Shown here: piece after piece, positions 11,052 to 19,546 of the stretch
How the letters are laid out: every line of letters starts with the position of its first letter
Position numbering within the stretch: the first letter of the stretch is position 1
DNA from: Acidobacteriota bacterium
GTDB lineage: Bacteria > Acidobacteriota > Terriglobia > Bryobacterales > Bryobacteraceae
NCBI GenBank assembly: GCA_947470805.1
Contig: CANIVU010000029.1
Coordinates: 1,583-65,582, forward strand
Length of the DNA stretch: 64,000 nucleotides
Reading direction: 5' to 3'
Notes under the pieces: generated by a model
What the model was told of the DNA's origin: nothing
Database searches by the model: none
What the model saw: the letters and a program-made list of their open reading frames with translations, nothing else
Position numbers and translations under genes: made by a program

Positions 11052-13109
11052 CTACCCGCCCAACTCCCCCCGCGCCTTCCGCAACTCCTCCACCGCCTCC
11101 CCCTTCAACCCCTCCGCCGCCCGCTCCGCCTCCCGCACCATCTCCCGCGCCGCCCCCGCCCGCCCCAACTTCACCTCCACCTGCCCAGCCAGCAACAGGT
11201 TATGCACCAAACTCCCCCGCGCCCGAACGTCCTTAACATCCGCCGCGCAATGCGCCCGCAGCACCCCCAACGCCAATCCCAACTCCCGCTCAGCCACCGC
11301 AAACTTCCCCGCCCGCATCGCCAGCGCGCCCAAATAACTATGATCCGCCGCCACATTCAACTTCGCCGGCGTATCCTTCGGCGCCAACGCCGCCAGCTTC
11401 TCATCCGCCTCCAACGCCCGCGCCACCCCCGCCTCCGTACCCAACCGCCGCGACGCATTCGCCAGCAACCGCAACGGCTCCCGGTTCGCTGGATCTTTCG
11501 CCACCAACCCCGCGAATATCGAAATCGCCTCCTCCCGCGCCGCCGTCGATTCCGCCTTCCGCCCCAACCGCAAATACGCCTCCGCCCGCCCGAAATGCGC
11601 CATCCCCTTCCCCAACTGCGCCCGCCAGTGCGGCATCCACAACAGCCCCAACGCCCGTTCGCACAACCGCAGCGCCTCCTCCGGCCGCCCGCCCGCATTC
11701 TCCGTAGTCGCCAATCGCAACAACGCCTGCGCCAACTCCGCCTTCACCATCACCTCCAACGGCTGCCGCTTCGCCACCCCCTCCAACAAAACCACCGCCT
11801 TCGCAAAACTCGCATGCGCATCCCCCACCTGCCCCAAATTGGCCTCAAAATAGGAGCCCTGCACCTGCCCCAACTTCAAATACGATTGCGCCAACTCCCG
11901 CTGCAAATCGGCGTCATCCCCCGCCTCACTCGCCAACTGGTCCAAATACCGGATCGCCTTCCCCACCACCAGCGCCCGCGCCTCCGTCGACCCCTCCAAC
12001 GGCGCAATCGCGTCATGCAACTCAAACAACAACGAATTCGCCAACTGCCGGACTTCCTTAAACCGCCGCTCCGCCCGCCGCCCCTCCCGGATCGCCGTCC
12101 CCCCCGTAAACAACAGCGCGCCCCCCACAACCGCCGCCACCGCCACGCTCTTCCACCGCCGCCGCACAAACTTCCTCGCCCGATACACAACCCCGCCCGC
12201 CCGCGCCCGCACCGGTTCCCCCGCCAAATACCGCGCCAAATCCTCCCGCAAAAGCGCCGCCGTCGCGTACCGCTCCTCCACCGCCCCCGCCGTCGCCCGC
12301 GCCACAATCAACCCCAAATCCCCCGCCGCCCCGCCGTCCAATTTCCCCAATAATTTCCCCAGCGAATACACATCCGAAGCGGTCGTCAGCGGTCCTCCCG
12401 CCATCTGCTCCGGGCTCGCTACCTCCGGCGTCAGCGCCCGCCACCCCACCTGCGTCAACCCCGTCTCCGAATCCAACGCCTTGGCAATCCCAAAGTCCAA
12501 CAACTTCGGCCGCCCCTCCCGGTCCACCAACACATTCGCCGCCTTCAAATCCCGATGCAAAATCAGGTTCCGGTGCGCAAAATCCACCGCGTCGCAAACC
12601 GTCAAAAACAGCCCCAACCGCGCCCGCAAATCCAACGCCGAACAGTACTCATCCAACGCCTGCCCGTCCACGTACTCCATCACAAAATACGGCAGCCCGC
12701 TCTCCGTCACACCCCCATCCAGCAGCCGCACAATGTTTGGATGATTCAGCCGCGCCTGCAGCCGCCGCTCCTCCCGGAACCGCCCCAAAATCGCATCGGT
12801 GTCCATCCCCCGCTTGATCAGCTTAATCGCCACCGCCTGCTCAAAATCCCCGCCCGTCCGCTCGCCCAGATACACCGCGCCCATCCCGCCCCGCCCCAGT
12901 TCCCGCACAATCCGGTACGGCCCGATCGCCGCCGGCATCGCCCCCGGCAACGGCAAAAACGCAGGGTCCTCCGCCGCCAATAACGACCGCGCCTCCGCCC
13001 GAATCTCCGCGTCGACCTCCCCTGCCAATAGCGCCTCCCGCGCCGCCCCGTCCAACTCCAGCGCCGCCGCCACCAGCTCCTTCACCCGCTCCCACCGTTC
13101 CCCCGTCAC
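11052..13109 (-). CDS. Hanks-type Ser/Thr protein kinase with TM helix and TPR-like C-terminus
   Basis: LGRGGMGAVY, VAIK, HRDLKAAN, DFGIAK, SDVYSLG; GTG start overlaps the ECF stop (GTGA). Confidence 0.93.
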   Translation of the reverse strand: MTGERWERVKELVAAALELDGAAREALLAGEVDAEIRAEARSLLAAEDPAFLPLPGAMPAAIGPYRIVRELGRGGMGAVYLGERTGGDFEQAVAIKLIKRGMDTDAILGRFREERRLQARLNHPNIVRLLDGGVTESGLPYFVMEYVDGQALDEYCSALDLRARLGLFLTVCDAVDFAHRNLILHRDLKAANVLVDREGRPKLLDFGIAKALDSETGLTQVGWRALTPEVASPEQMAGGPLTTASDVYSLGKLLGKLDGGAAGDLGLIVARATAGAVEERYATAALLREDLARYLAGEPVRARAGGVVYRARKFVRRRWKSVAVAAVVGGALLFTGGTAIREGRRAERRFKEVRQLANSLLFELHDAIAPLEGSTEARALVVGKAIRYLDQLASEAGDDADLQRELAQSYLKLGQVQGSYFEANLGQVGDAHASFAKAVVLLEGVAKRQPLEVMVKAELAQALLRLATTENAGGRPEEALRLCERALGLLWMPHWRAQLGKGMAHFGRAEAYLRLGRKAESTAAREEAISIFAGLVAKDPANREPLRLLANASRRLGTEAGVARALEADEKLAALAPKDTPAKLNVAADHSYLGALAMRAGKFAVAERELGLALGVLRAHCAADVKDVRARGSLVHNLLLAGQVEVKLGRAGAAREMVREAERAAEGLKGEAVEELRKARGELGG

Positions 13110-13627
13110 CCGCCCCCCAGTTCCCGCTTCAGCCACAGGCGCGCCACCTGCCACTCCCGCTTCACCGTCGCCACGGAAAGCTCCATCGCCTCCGCCGTCT
13201 CCTCAATCGTCAACCCGCCAAAGCATCGCAACTCCACCACCTGCGCCTGACGCGGGTCCATTACCGCCAGCCGCTCTAAAGCCTCGTGTAAATCCGCAAA
13301 CGGCACCGCCGCCTGCGCCTCCAACCCGTCAATCGCCGTGTCCAGCGACAGCACCGCCGCTGGGCCGCCCCGCTTCTCCGCCCCCCGCGCCTCGGCATGG
13401 TGCAGCAGCACCCGCCGCATCAGCCGCGCCGCCACCCCCACAAACTGCGCCCGATTGGAAAAGTCCACCGCATACTGCTTCTGCAGCTCCAAAAACGCCT
13501 CGTGCACCAGCGCCGTCGGCTGCAAAGTATGGCCCTCCCGCTCCCGGCTCATGTACCGCGCCGCCACCATCCGCAGCTCGTCATAAACCAGGGGCAGCAT
13601 CGCCTCCAGCGATTTTTCCGCGCCCAT
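13106..13627 (-). CDS. ECF sigma factor, TIGR02999-type
   Basis: LVYDELR..A, HTLQPTALVHEA, VVELRCFGGLT.EE, TVKREW..AR.WL. Confidence 0.93.
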   Translation of the reverse strand: MGAEKSLEAMLPLVYDELRMVAARYMSREREGHTLQPTALVHEAFLELQKQYAVDFSNRAQFVGVAARLMRRVLLHHAEARGAEKRGGPAAVLSLDTAIDGLEAQAAVPFADLHEALERLAVMDPRQAQVVELRCFGGLTIEETAEAMELSVATVKREWQVARLWLKRELGGG

Positions 13628-13655
13628 GAGCCAATTACATCACTTTTCCGGCGTT
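13627..13655 (+). promoter_or_regulatory. Candidate ECF-dependent promoter of the FN3 protein gene
   Basis: TGAGCCAATT...CTTTTCCGGCGTT 11 nt before ATG; resembles 54858-54885. Confidence 0.45.
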
Positions 13656-13666
13656 CCCTTGTAGCA

Positions 13667-15136
13667 ATGCAAAAACTGTTCACAATCCTCGCCCTGGCCC
13701 TCGCCGCCTTCCCCCAAACTCCCACCGGCCTCGCCGTCCTCCAAGCCACCAGCAAACAGGTGCAGCTCTCCTGGACCGGCGGCCAGCCCGCATACGTCGT
13801 GGAACGCAAACCCCTCGGCGGCGTCTACTCCGCCCTCCCCTCCAATACCGATCCTGCCACCAGCACCTATACCGACAGCGCCATCGCCCCCTACGAAACC
13901 TACACCTACCGCGTCCGCACCCGCCTCTCCCCCACCACCCTCTCGGACCCTTCCGACGAATTCACCGTCGGCCCCCCGCCCACCGGCCTCTCCCTCGCCT
14001 CGCCCCTCAACCCCGCCATCACCGCCTACTCCCTCACCACCCCCGCCAACTTCGGCGCCCGCCTCCGCATCGCCCTCGATTCCAATGGCGACCCCGCCAT
14101 CGCCTACTACATCTACTCTCCCCAGGAGGACCCCGCCAAAAGCTTCGTCGAATTCGTCTCCTGGAACCGCGTCACCTACAAGTGGAACACCCCGCGCAAA
14201 GTAGCCATGACCGGCGACATGCTCGGCGCCCCCATCCTCGCCCGCGACGCCGCCTCCAACACCTGGGGCGTCGCCTACGGCAAGTACGGCGGTAACCCGC
14301 GCATCGCCCTCAGCCGCGACAACGGCGACACCTGGTCCGACAATGACTTCCTCGATTGCGCTGACTCGAGTTGCGGCGCCCCCGCCCTCGCCATGGGCGC
14401 CGGCAAGCTGCACTTGGCCGTTCTCCGCTCCCCCGAAGGCGTCCGCTACGTCACCGGCTCTATCAACGAGCCGGCCTCGGCCTGGCAATCCCAACTCGTA
14501 CCCAAGCCCATTGGCGGCTTCGAAGCCATCGGCCCCGTCGACCTCGCCGTCGACTCCGCCAACCAGCCCGCCGTCGCCTTCTGGTCGAATACCGACAGCT
14601 ACAACTTAATCCTCGGCGTCTGGCGACCCGGCCAGCAAACCCAAATCGCCATGGACACCGCCGGCTACCAGACGGACGCCCCGGAGGTGGACCTGAAATT
14701 CGCCGGTGCCAGTGCCCGCCTGCTCGCCGTCGCCCGCCGCACCGAGGAGTTCTACAACCGTTACGACCAGAATCTCTGGCTCCTCCGCGACCTGGGTGGT
14801 GCGTTCTCCGTACCCCAGAATCTGCCCACTGACGGAGAAGTCACCCTCGGCGTCCCGTCTCTCGCAGTGGGCTCCGCTGGCCAGATATCAGTCGCCGCCA
14901 CTGAAGTCGGCGGCAGCGGCATCGATGTCCGTTGTGGCAGCATGAAGCTCATCGACCAGCCCTCCGAATCCGGCCCCTGGCAGGCCTGCTCCCCCATCGC
15001 CCGCGACGGCCAGCCGTTCTACGACGTCAACTTCCCCCGTGTCATCTACGCCCCCAACGACGCCCGTTACATCATCTTCACCAACACCGGCGCCGACACC
15101 CAATACCCCGGCGTAGTCGTCTGGCGCGAACGCTAA
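13667..15136 (+). CDS. Secreted protein with N-terminal fibronectin type III domain and BNR/propeller-like region
   Basis: Signal peptide MQKLFTILALALAA; PTGL..VQLSW..YTD..TYTYRVR; Asp-box SRDNGDTW. Confidence 0.75.
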   Translation: MQKLFTILALALAAFPQTPTGLAVLQATSKQVQLSWTGGQPAYVVERKPLGGVYSALPSNTDPATSTYTDSAIAPYETYTYRVRTRLSPTTLSDPSDEFTVGPPPTGLSLASPLNPAITAYSLTTPANFGARLRIALDSNGDPAIAYYIYSPQEDPAKSFVEFVSWNRVTYKWNTPRKVAMTGDMLGAPILARDAASNTWGVAYGKYGGNPRIALSRDNGDTWSDNDFLDCADSSCGAPALAMGAGKLHLAVLRSPEGVRYVTGSINEPASAWQSQLVPKPIGGFEAIGPVDLAVDSANQPAVAFWSNTDSYNLILGVWRPGQQTQIAMDTAGYQTDAPEVDLKFAGASARLLAVARRTEEFYNRYDQNLWLLRDLGGAFSVPQNLPTDGEVTLGVPSLAVGSAGQISVAATEVGGSGIDVRCGSMKLIDQPSESGPWQACSPIARDGQPFYDVNFPRVIYAPNDARYIIFTNTGADTQYPGVVVWRER

Positions 15137-15141
15137 CCCCA

Positions 15142-15176
15142 GACAAATCCTGGGTGACTGTCACCCAGGATTTGTC
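15142..15176. terminator. Perfect 35 bp palindrome between convergent genes (bidirectional terminator or REP-like element)
   Basis: GACAAATCCTGGGTGAC-T-GTCACCCAGGATTTGTC, 17 bp arms. Confidence 0.7.
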
Positions 15177-15189
15177 CGATCCATTTCAT

Positions 15190-15699
15190 TCACCGCCCCA
15201 CCACCGCCACCGTCCCATCCCGCTCCACCCTCACAAAGAACGCAAACTTCCCCACATTCTTCGAATTCGTGAAATACACATGCGACCCCGAATACCGCCC
15301 CTCCCAAACCCCGTCTTTCTCCGTGACCGCCTCCAAACAAACGGTGCTCTCCAAGTGCCAGTAGGTCCGGATCACCCCGGCCTCAATCAATGGCCGCACG
15401 CTTTTCAACCCCACCAGTTTCCCCACCACCGCCCGCTCCCCGGCCCGCAGCTTCGTCACATCCACAACGGTCAAATCCGAAACCAACCCCGCATCGGCCA
15501 CTACCCGCTGCCCGTCCACCCATAACAACCCGCCAAGATTCCCCAACGGCCGCATCCGCGCCTGATCAATCGGCGCCGCCGCGAACGCCACCGGAAAATC
15601 ATCCGCCGGCAACCCCAGCTTCCGCATCTCGGTCAACGGCGAAGCGGAATGCAAAACCCCAAACGTCTCGATACACAGTGCCACCAGCAGTACCCCCAT
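15190..15699 (-). CDS. Hypothetical exported protein
   Basis: 169 aa with hydrophobic N-terminus; abuts the upstream gene; local codon pattern fits. Confidence 0.6.
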   Translation of the reverse strand: MGVLLVALCIETFGVLHSASPLTEMRKLGLPADDFPVAFAAAPIDQARMRPLGNLGGLLWVDGQRVVADAGLVSDLTVVDVTKLRAGERAVVGKLVGLKSVRPLIEAGVIRTYWHLESTVCLEAVTEKDGVWEGRYSGSHVYFTNSKNVGKFAFFVRVERDGTVAVVGR

Positions 15700-16290
15700 C
15701 TAGAAAATCTCCGACGCCCGCAAGTTCCGCACAACCCCAACAACCCCCAGCCCCACCCCGCCCGCCCGCAACACCGGCCCCAGCCACCCGCCACCTGCCA
15801 ACTCCACCTGCTGCCACCAGGCAACCTCCCCCACCACGCCCGGCAGCAAAATACAGAAGAAAGTAGCCACCAACGCCATCACCACGCCCCCCTCCATCGA
15901 CTCTCCAAACCCCGCCTGCAACAACAAAAACGCCACCGCCAGCGCCACGCAGGTCGAAACATAGCTGAACACATCCGCCACCAGATACACCCGCGAATCC
16001 CCCTCCAACCCCCAACTCAACACCGGATACGCCAATTCAAACAGAAAGAACAACCCCCAGCCCCGCATCCGCTCCCGAAACGCCGCCCGGATCGGCGGCA
16101 GGAACGCCCAGGAGAAATAGATCAAGAACGCCCACGAAAGATACACCCCGTTCAGCCAGACACTCCCCAACCAGCCCCCCGCGTTCGGCAGCGACAACAA
16201 CAACAAATGCGCCACCATCGGCGCCACCGCGATGACGCCACACAGCAGGCAAAACACCACCCATTCCAATCTGCGGCCCCAGATGCTCAC
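15700..16290 (-). CDS. Hypothetical integral membrane protein
   Basis: 196 aa, about 6 hydrophobic helices; TAAGAT 6 nt before the GTG start. Confidence 0.65.
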   Translation of the reverse strand: MSIWGRRLEWVVFCLLCGVIAVAPMVAHLLLLSLPNAGGWLGSVWLNGVYLSWAFLIYFSWAFLPPIRAAFRERMRGWGLFFLFELAYPVLSWGLEGDSRVYLVADVFSYVSTCVALAVAFLLLQAGFGESMEGGVVMALVATFFCILLPGVVGEVAWWQQVELAGGGWLGPVLRAGGVGLGVVGVVRNLRASEIF

Positions 16291-16333
16291 TCCGGTATCT
16301 TATCGGCAAAACGTAGACGACATACGATGGCGC

Positions 16334-17075
16334 ATGCTCGGTGGCAACTCCTCCAGCGAAATCCGCCGCTACCCCGAGGTCTCCACCAACCACGGCATCT
16401 GCAGCACATCCTCGAACAGCGCCACGACGAAGAACGCGTCCGCAACCACGAGCCCTACATCGAAGGCTTCAGGAACGCCATCTGGGATCTGGGGCTCTAC
16501 GAATGGGGTCGTCCGCGAACCCAATTTCACCCTGTTCCTCAACACCACCATTCGCGAAGTGGAAAGGCGCGCTCCAAACGCAGTCCTCGGCGTCCACGCC
16601 TACCAACTCGGCACAGAAAAGAAGTACTTGATCTCCGCCCCGCTATTCGTTGATTCCAGAAGAGATGGCATCCCTTTAAGAAGTTGCTACACCCGCTACA
16701 GAACAAACATTCTCCTCGACCCGGGTCCGCCACATTGGCACCAGCACCGCCGCGAGCTCCAGGGCCCTCGAATTCCCAGTGGGCAATCCCTGGACACCGC
16801 CGCCAACACCCTTCGTGCAATTGTTCCTCATTTCGACAGATCATGTTGAATCGGTGACGCTTGGCTTCCCCGCCGCCGAAACTGTCTCCGATTTCCGCTC
16901 CACCACCGATCTCGCGCGCAACATGATCAAAGCAACAGACGAAGAATAACGCACCATCCCGTTGAATTTAAAGGCGACACTGAACCGACTGCATTGGATT
17001 TACCTGGAAAATGCACAGGGAGCGGAATGGGTCCGCCCCCCAGCGGATCGGAACGGTATGACTGACGTTTGGCAC
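16334..17075 (+). pseudogene. Decayed FAD-dependent oxidoreductase (FAD_oxidored-like) fragments
   Basis: MLGGNSSSEIR in one frame, ILEQ..EERVRNHEPYIEGFRNAIWDLGLYEW in another, then VVREPNFTLFLNTT..VHAYQLGTEKKYLISAPLFVDSRRDG; N-terminal GxG motif missing; stops downstream; 3' boundary approximate. Confidence 0.7.
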
Positions 17076-17140
17076 CGACAGGAACCGTCATACCCGCCCG
17101 CCGCTACGAATTCCGCGCCCACCCCTAACCTTTTTCCACA

Positions 17141-17190
17141 GGGCCGTGCTACCGGAAATCACTGAGGTCGGATTTCCCCGGCGGCTACGG
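17141..17190. repeat. Dispersed copy of the GCCGTGCTACCGGAAATC motif forming an imperfect hairpin
   Basis: GGGCCGTGCTACCGGAAATC-actgaggtcg-GATTTCCCCGGCGGCTACGG. Confidence 0.65.
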
Positions 17191-17205
17191 ATACACTAGA
17201 TAATC

Positions 17206-18276
17206 GTGTCCCGCCTACTCTCCCTCGACGCCTTCCGCGGCCTGACGATCGCGCTGATGATCCTCGTCAACACGCCCGGCGACGGCCGCACCACCTACGC
17301 TCCACTCCAACACGCCGAATGGCACGGCTGGACCCTCACCGATTGCGTCTTCCCCAGCTTCGTCTGGATCGTCGGCGTCGCCATCACCCTCTCCCTCGGC
17401 CGCAAGCTCGGCCAACCCCGCTCCCAACTCTACAAAGACATCTTCCGCCGCGCCGCCATCCTCTTCGGCCTCGGTCTGCTCATCTACGCCTTCCCCACCT
17501 TCCCGCTCGACACCTTCCGCATCCTCGGCGTCCTGCAGCGAATCGCCATATGCTATGCCATCGCGGCCTTCCTGTTTCTCAACACCTCCGTCCGCGGCCA
17601 GATCATCGCAACGCTCGGCTTGCTCGGCGGCTACTGGGCCATCATGAGCTTCATCCCCGCCCCCGGCTTCGCCGCCGGCGACCTCTCCGTGGAAGGCAAC
17701 ATCGCCCACTACATCGACAAAATCGTACTCGGCGCCCACAACTACGGCGAAACCAAAACCTGGGATCCCGAAGGCATCGTTAGCACCCTGCCCGCCATCG
17801 CCACCTGCCTGCTCGGCGTGCTGGCCGGACACATCCTCCAGTCCTCCAACGACGTCCAGAAACGCGCCCTGCGCCTGGTCGTCATCGGCATCATCCTGAT
17901 CGCCGCCGGCCTCGCTCTCAACACCGTCCTGCCCATCAACAAAAAGCTTTGGACCTCGTCCTTCACCCTCCTCATGGCCGGCCTCGATTGCAGCGTCTTC
18001 GCCTTCCTGCTCTGGCTCATCGATGGAATGAAAGTCGTGAAGCCATTCCAGCCCGCAATGGTCATGGGCATGAACGCCATCGCCCTCTATATGGCCAGCG
18101 AGTTCATCGAGATCATCCTGCACATGCTGCACTGGAAAACGGCCATTTATCAGGCCGTTTTCGTGCCGCTCGCCTCGCCCATGAACGCGAGCCTGCTCTA
18201 CGCGTTAACCTACGTAGCCCTGCACCTGGCCCTGGCCTACTGGCTATATGCCCGCAAACTTTTCCTTCGCGCTTGA
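17206..18276 (+). CDS. Heparan-alpha-glucosaminide N-acetyltransferase-like membrane acyltransferase
   Basis: RLLSLDAFRG, HAEWHG, GVLQRI, DPEGIVST, PINKKLWTSSF. Confidence 0.92.
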   Translation: MSRLLSLDAFRGLTIALMILVNTPGDGRTTYAPLQHAEWHGWTLTDCVFPSFVWIVGVAITLSLGRKLGQPRSQLYKDIFRRAAILFGLGLLIYAFPTFPLDTFRILGVLQRIAICYAIAAFLFLNTSVRGQIIATLGLLGGYWAIMSFIPAPGFAAGDLSVEGNIAHYIDKIVLGAHNYGETKTWDPEGIVSTLPAIATCLLGVLAGHILQSSNDVQKRALRLVVIGIILIAAGLALNTVLPINKKLWTSSFTLLMAGLDCSVFAFLLWLIDGMKVVKPFQPAMVMGMNAIALYMASEFIEIILHMLHWKTAIYQAVFVPLASPMNASLLYALTYVALHLALAYWLYARKLFLRA

Positions 18277-18576
18277 GCCCAGGCCCAGCACATCGCGCAC
18301 CTCGCGACGCCGCACGACCTCCGCCGGACCGCCCGCCGTCCGCCCGGCCCACTCCACCAACTTCCGGTAGGAAACGGCATGGGACACCTCCCGGTTCTCG
18401 TGAATCAAAACCTGAATCACGTTGATCCCGGAGGCGATCTCCCCCACCCACCCGTGGCGTCGCAGTTCGGCCAGCCCGCGCGCCGCCGCCAGGTACACCG
18501 AATCGCCCTCCACCGTCACCGTGTGGTCGATCCCATTCATGTCTGTCACCGTAACCCGGCACTGTTTTTGCGCCAT
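18244..18576 (-). CDS. Small hypothetical protein
   Basis: MAQKQCRVTVTDMNGIDHTVTVEGDSVYLAAARGL; protein-like composition. Confidence 0.65.
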   Translation of the reverse strand: MAQKQCRVTVTDMNGIDHTVTVEGDSVYLAAARGLAELRRHGWVGEIASGINVIQVLIHENREVSHAVSYRKLVEWAGRTAGGPAEVVRRREVRDVLGLGSSAKEKFAGI

Positions 18577-18633
18577 GCGAAGAGCATACCACTTTCGCCG
18601 TTTGTTCGCCATGAAAATAGGTACAATCGGGGT

Positions 18634-19545
18634 ATGTTTGCGCGATTTTTGGTACCTTTTGTATGCATTTCGACGCTCTTTTCACAAGGGTGGAAGGATC
18701 CATCGACGCATAAGACCCAGATGGTGCCCGTCGCCACCGGGGTCCAGTTGGAGGTCCTCGACTGGGGCGGCACCGGCCGGCCGCTGGTCCTTTTGGCCGG
18801 CTACCTCTCCGCGCACACCTATGACGACCTGGCTCCGAAGCTGACCGGGAGCTTCCATGTTTATGGGATTTCGCGCCGCGGCTACGGCGCCTCCACGCGG
18901 ACCGAAGAGGGCCATACGGCCGACTGGTCGGCCGCCGATGTCCTGAAGGTATTGGAAACGTTGAACTTGAACAACGTGATACTGGCCGGCCACTCCTGGG
19001 GCGGACAGGACGCCTCGACCATCGGCGCGCAGGGCTCGCCGCGGGTGACCGGACTGGTCTACATCAACTCCGCCGAAGACCCGACGCTGACCATGCCGGA
19101 CTACAAGATCCCGCCGGGCACCGTCCCTCCGACCGCCACCAAGCCGGTGCCGGTGGACCGCTCCTCCTTCGCCGCCTACATGGCTTGGCAGAAGAAAACA
19201 CAGGGGATGACGTTCCCGGAATCGGAATTGCGGCAGATCTACGAAGAGAAGCCGGACGGGAGCCTGGGCGCGGCGAAGTCGTCGCTGCAGATTCGCGACG
19301 CGATCTTCGCCGGCCGGAAGAAGCCGGAATACGCCAAGATCCAGGTGCCGGTGCTGGCGCTCTTCGCCAAAACCGACACGAAGAACCCGATCGATATCAT
19401 CATCCGCAAGCGGCACCGGGACGACTTTATTCAGGGCGTGCCGAAGGCGAAGGTGGTGGACATCGAAGGCGGGAACTTCTACCTGTTCGCGTCGCACCCG
19501 GACGAAGTGGCCAAAGAGATCATCGCCTTCGGCGCGGCCAAGTAA
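18634..19545 (+). CDS. Secreted alpha/beta fold hydrolase
   Basis: LEVLDWGGTGRPLVLLAG, RRGYGAS, GHSWGG nucleophile elbow. Confidence 0.88.
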   Translation: MFARFLVPFVCISTLFSQGWKDPSTHKTQMVPVATGVQLEVLDWGGTGRPLVLLAGYLSAHTYDDLAPKLTGSFHVYGISRRGYGASTRTEEGHTADWSAADVLKVLETLNLNNVILAGHSWGGQDASTIGAQGSPRVTGLVYINSAEDPTLTMPDYKIPPGTVPPTATKPVPVDRSSFAAYMAWQKKTQGMTFPESELRQIYEEKPDGSLGAAKSSLQIRDAIFAGRKKPEYAKIQVPVLALFAKTDTKNPIDIIIRKRHRDDFIQGVPKAKVVDIEGGNFYLFASHPDEVAKEIIAFGAAK

Positions 19546-19546
19546 G

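Noticed and set aside
16232..16849. 205 aa ORF as an intact gene
   Set aside because: Better explained as a mosaic of pseudogene frames.
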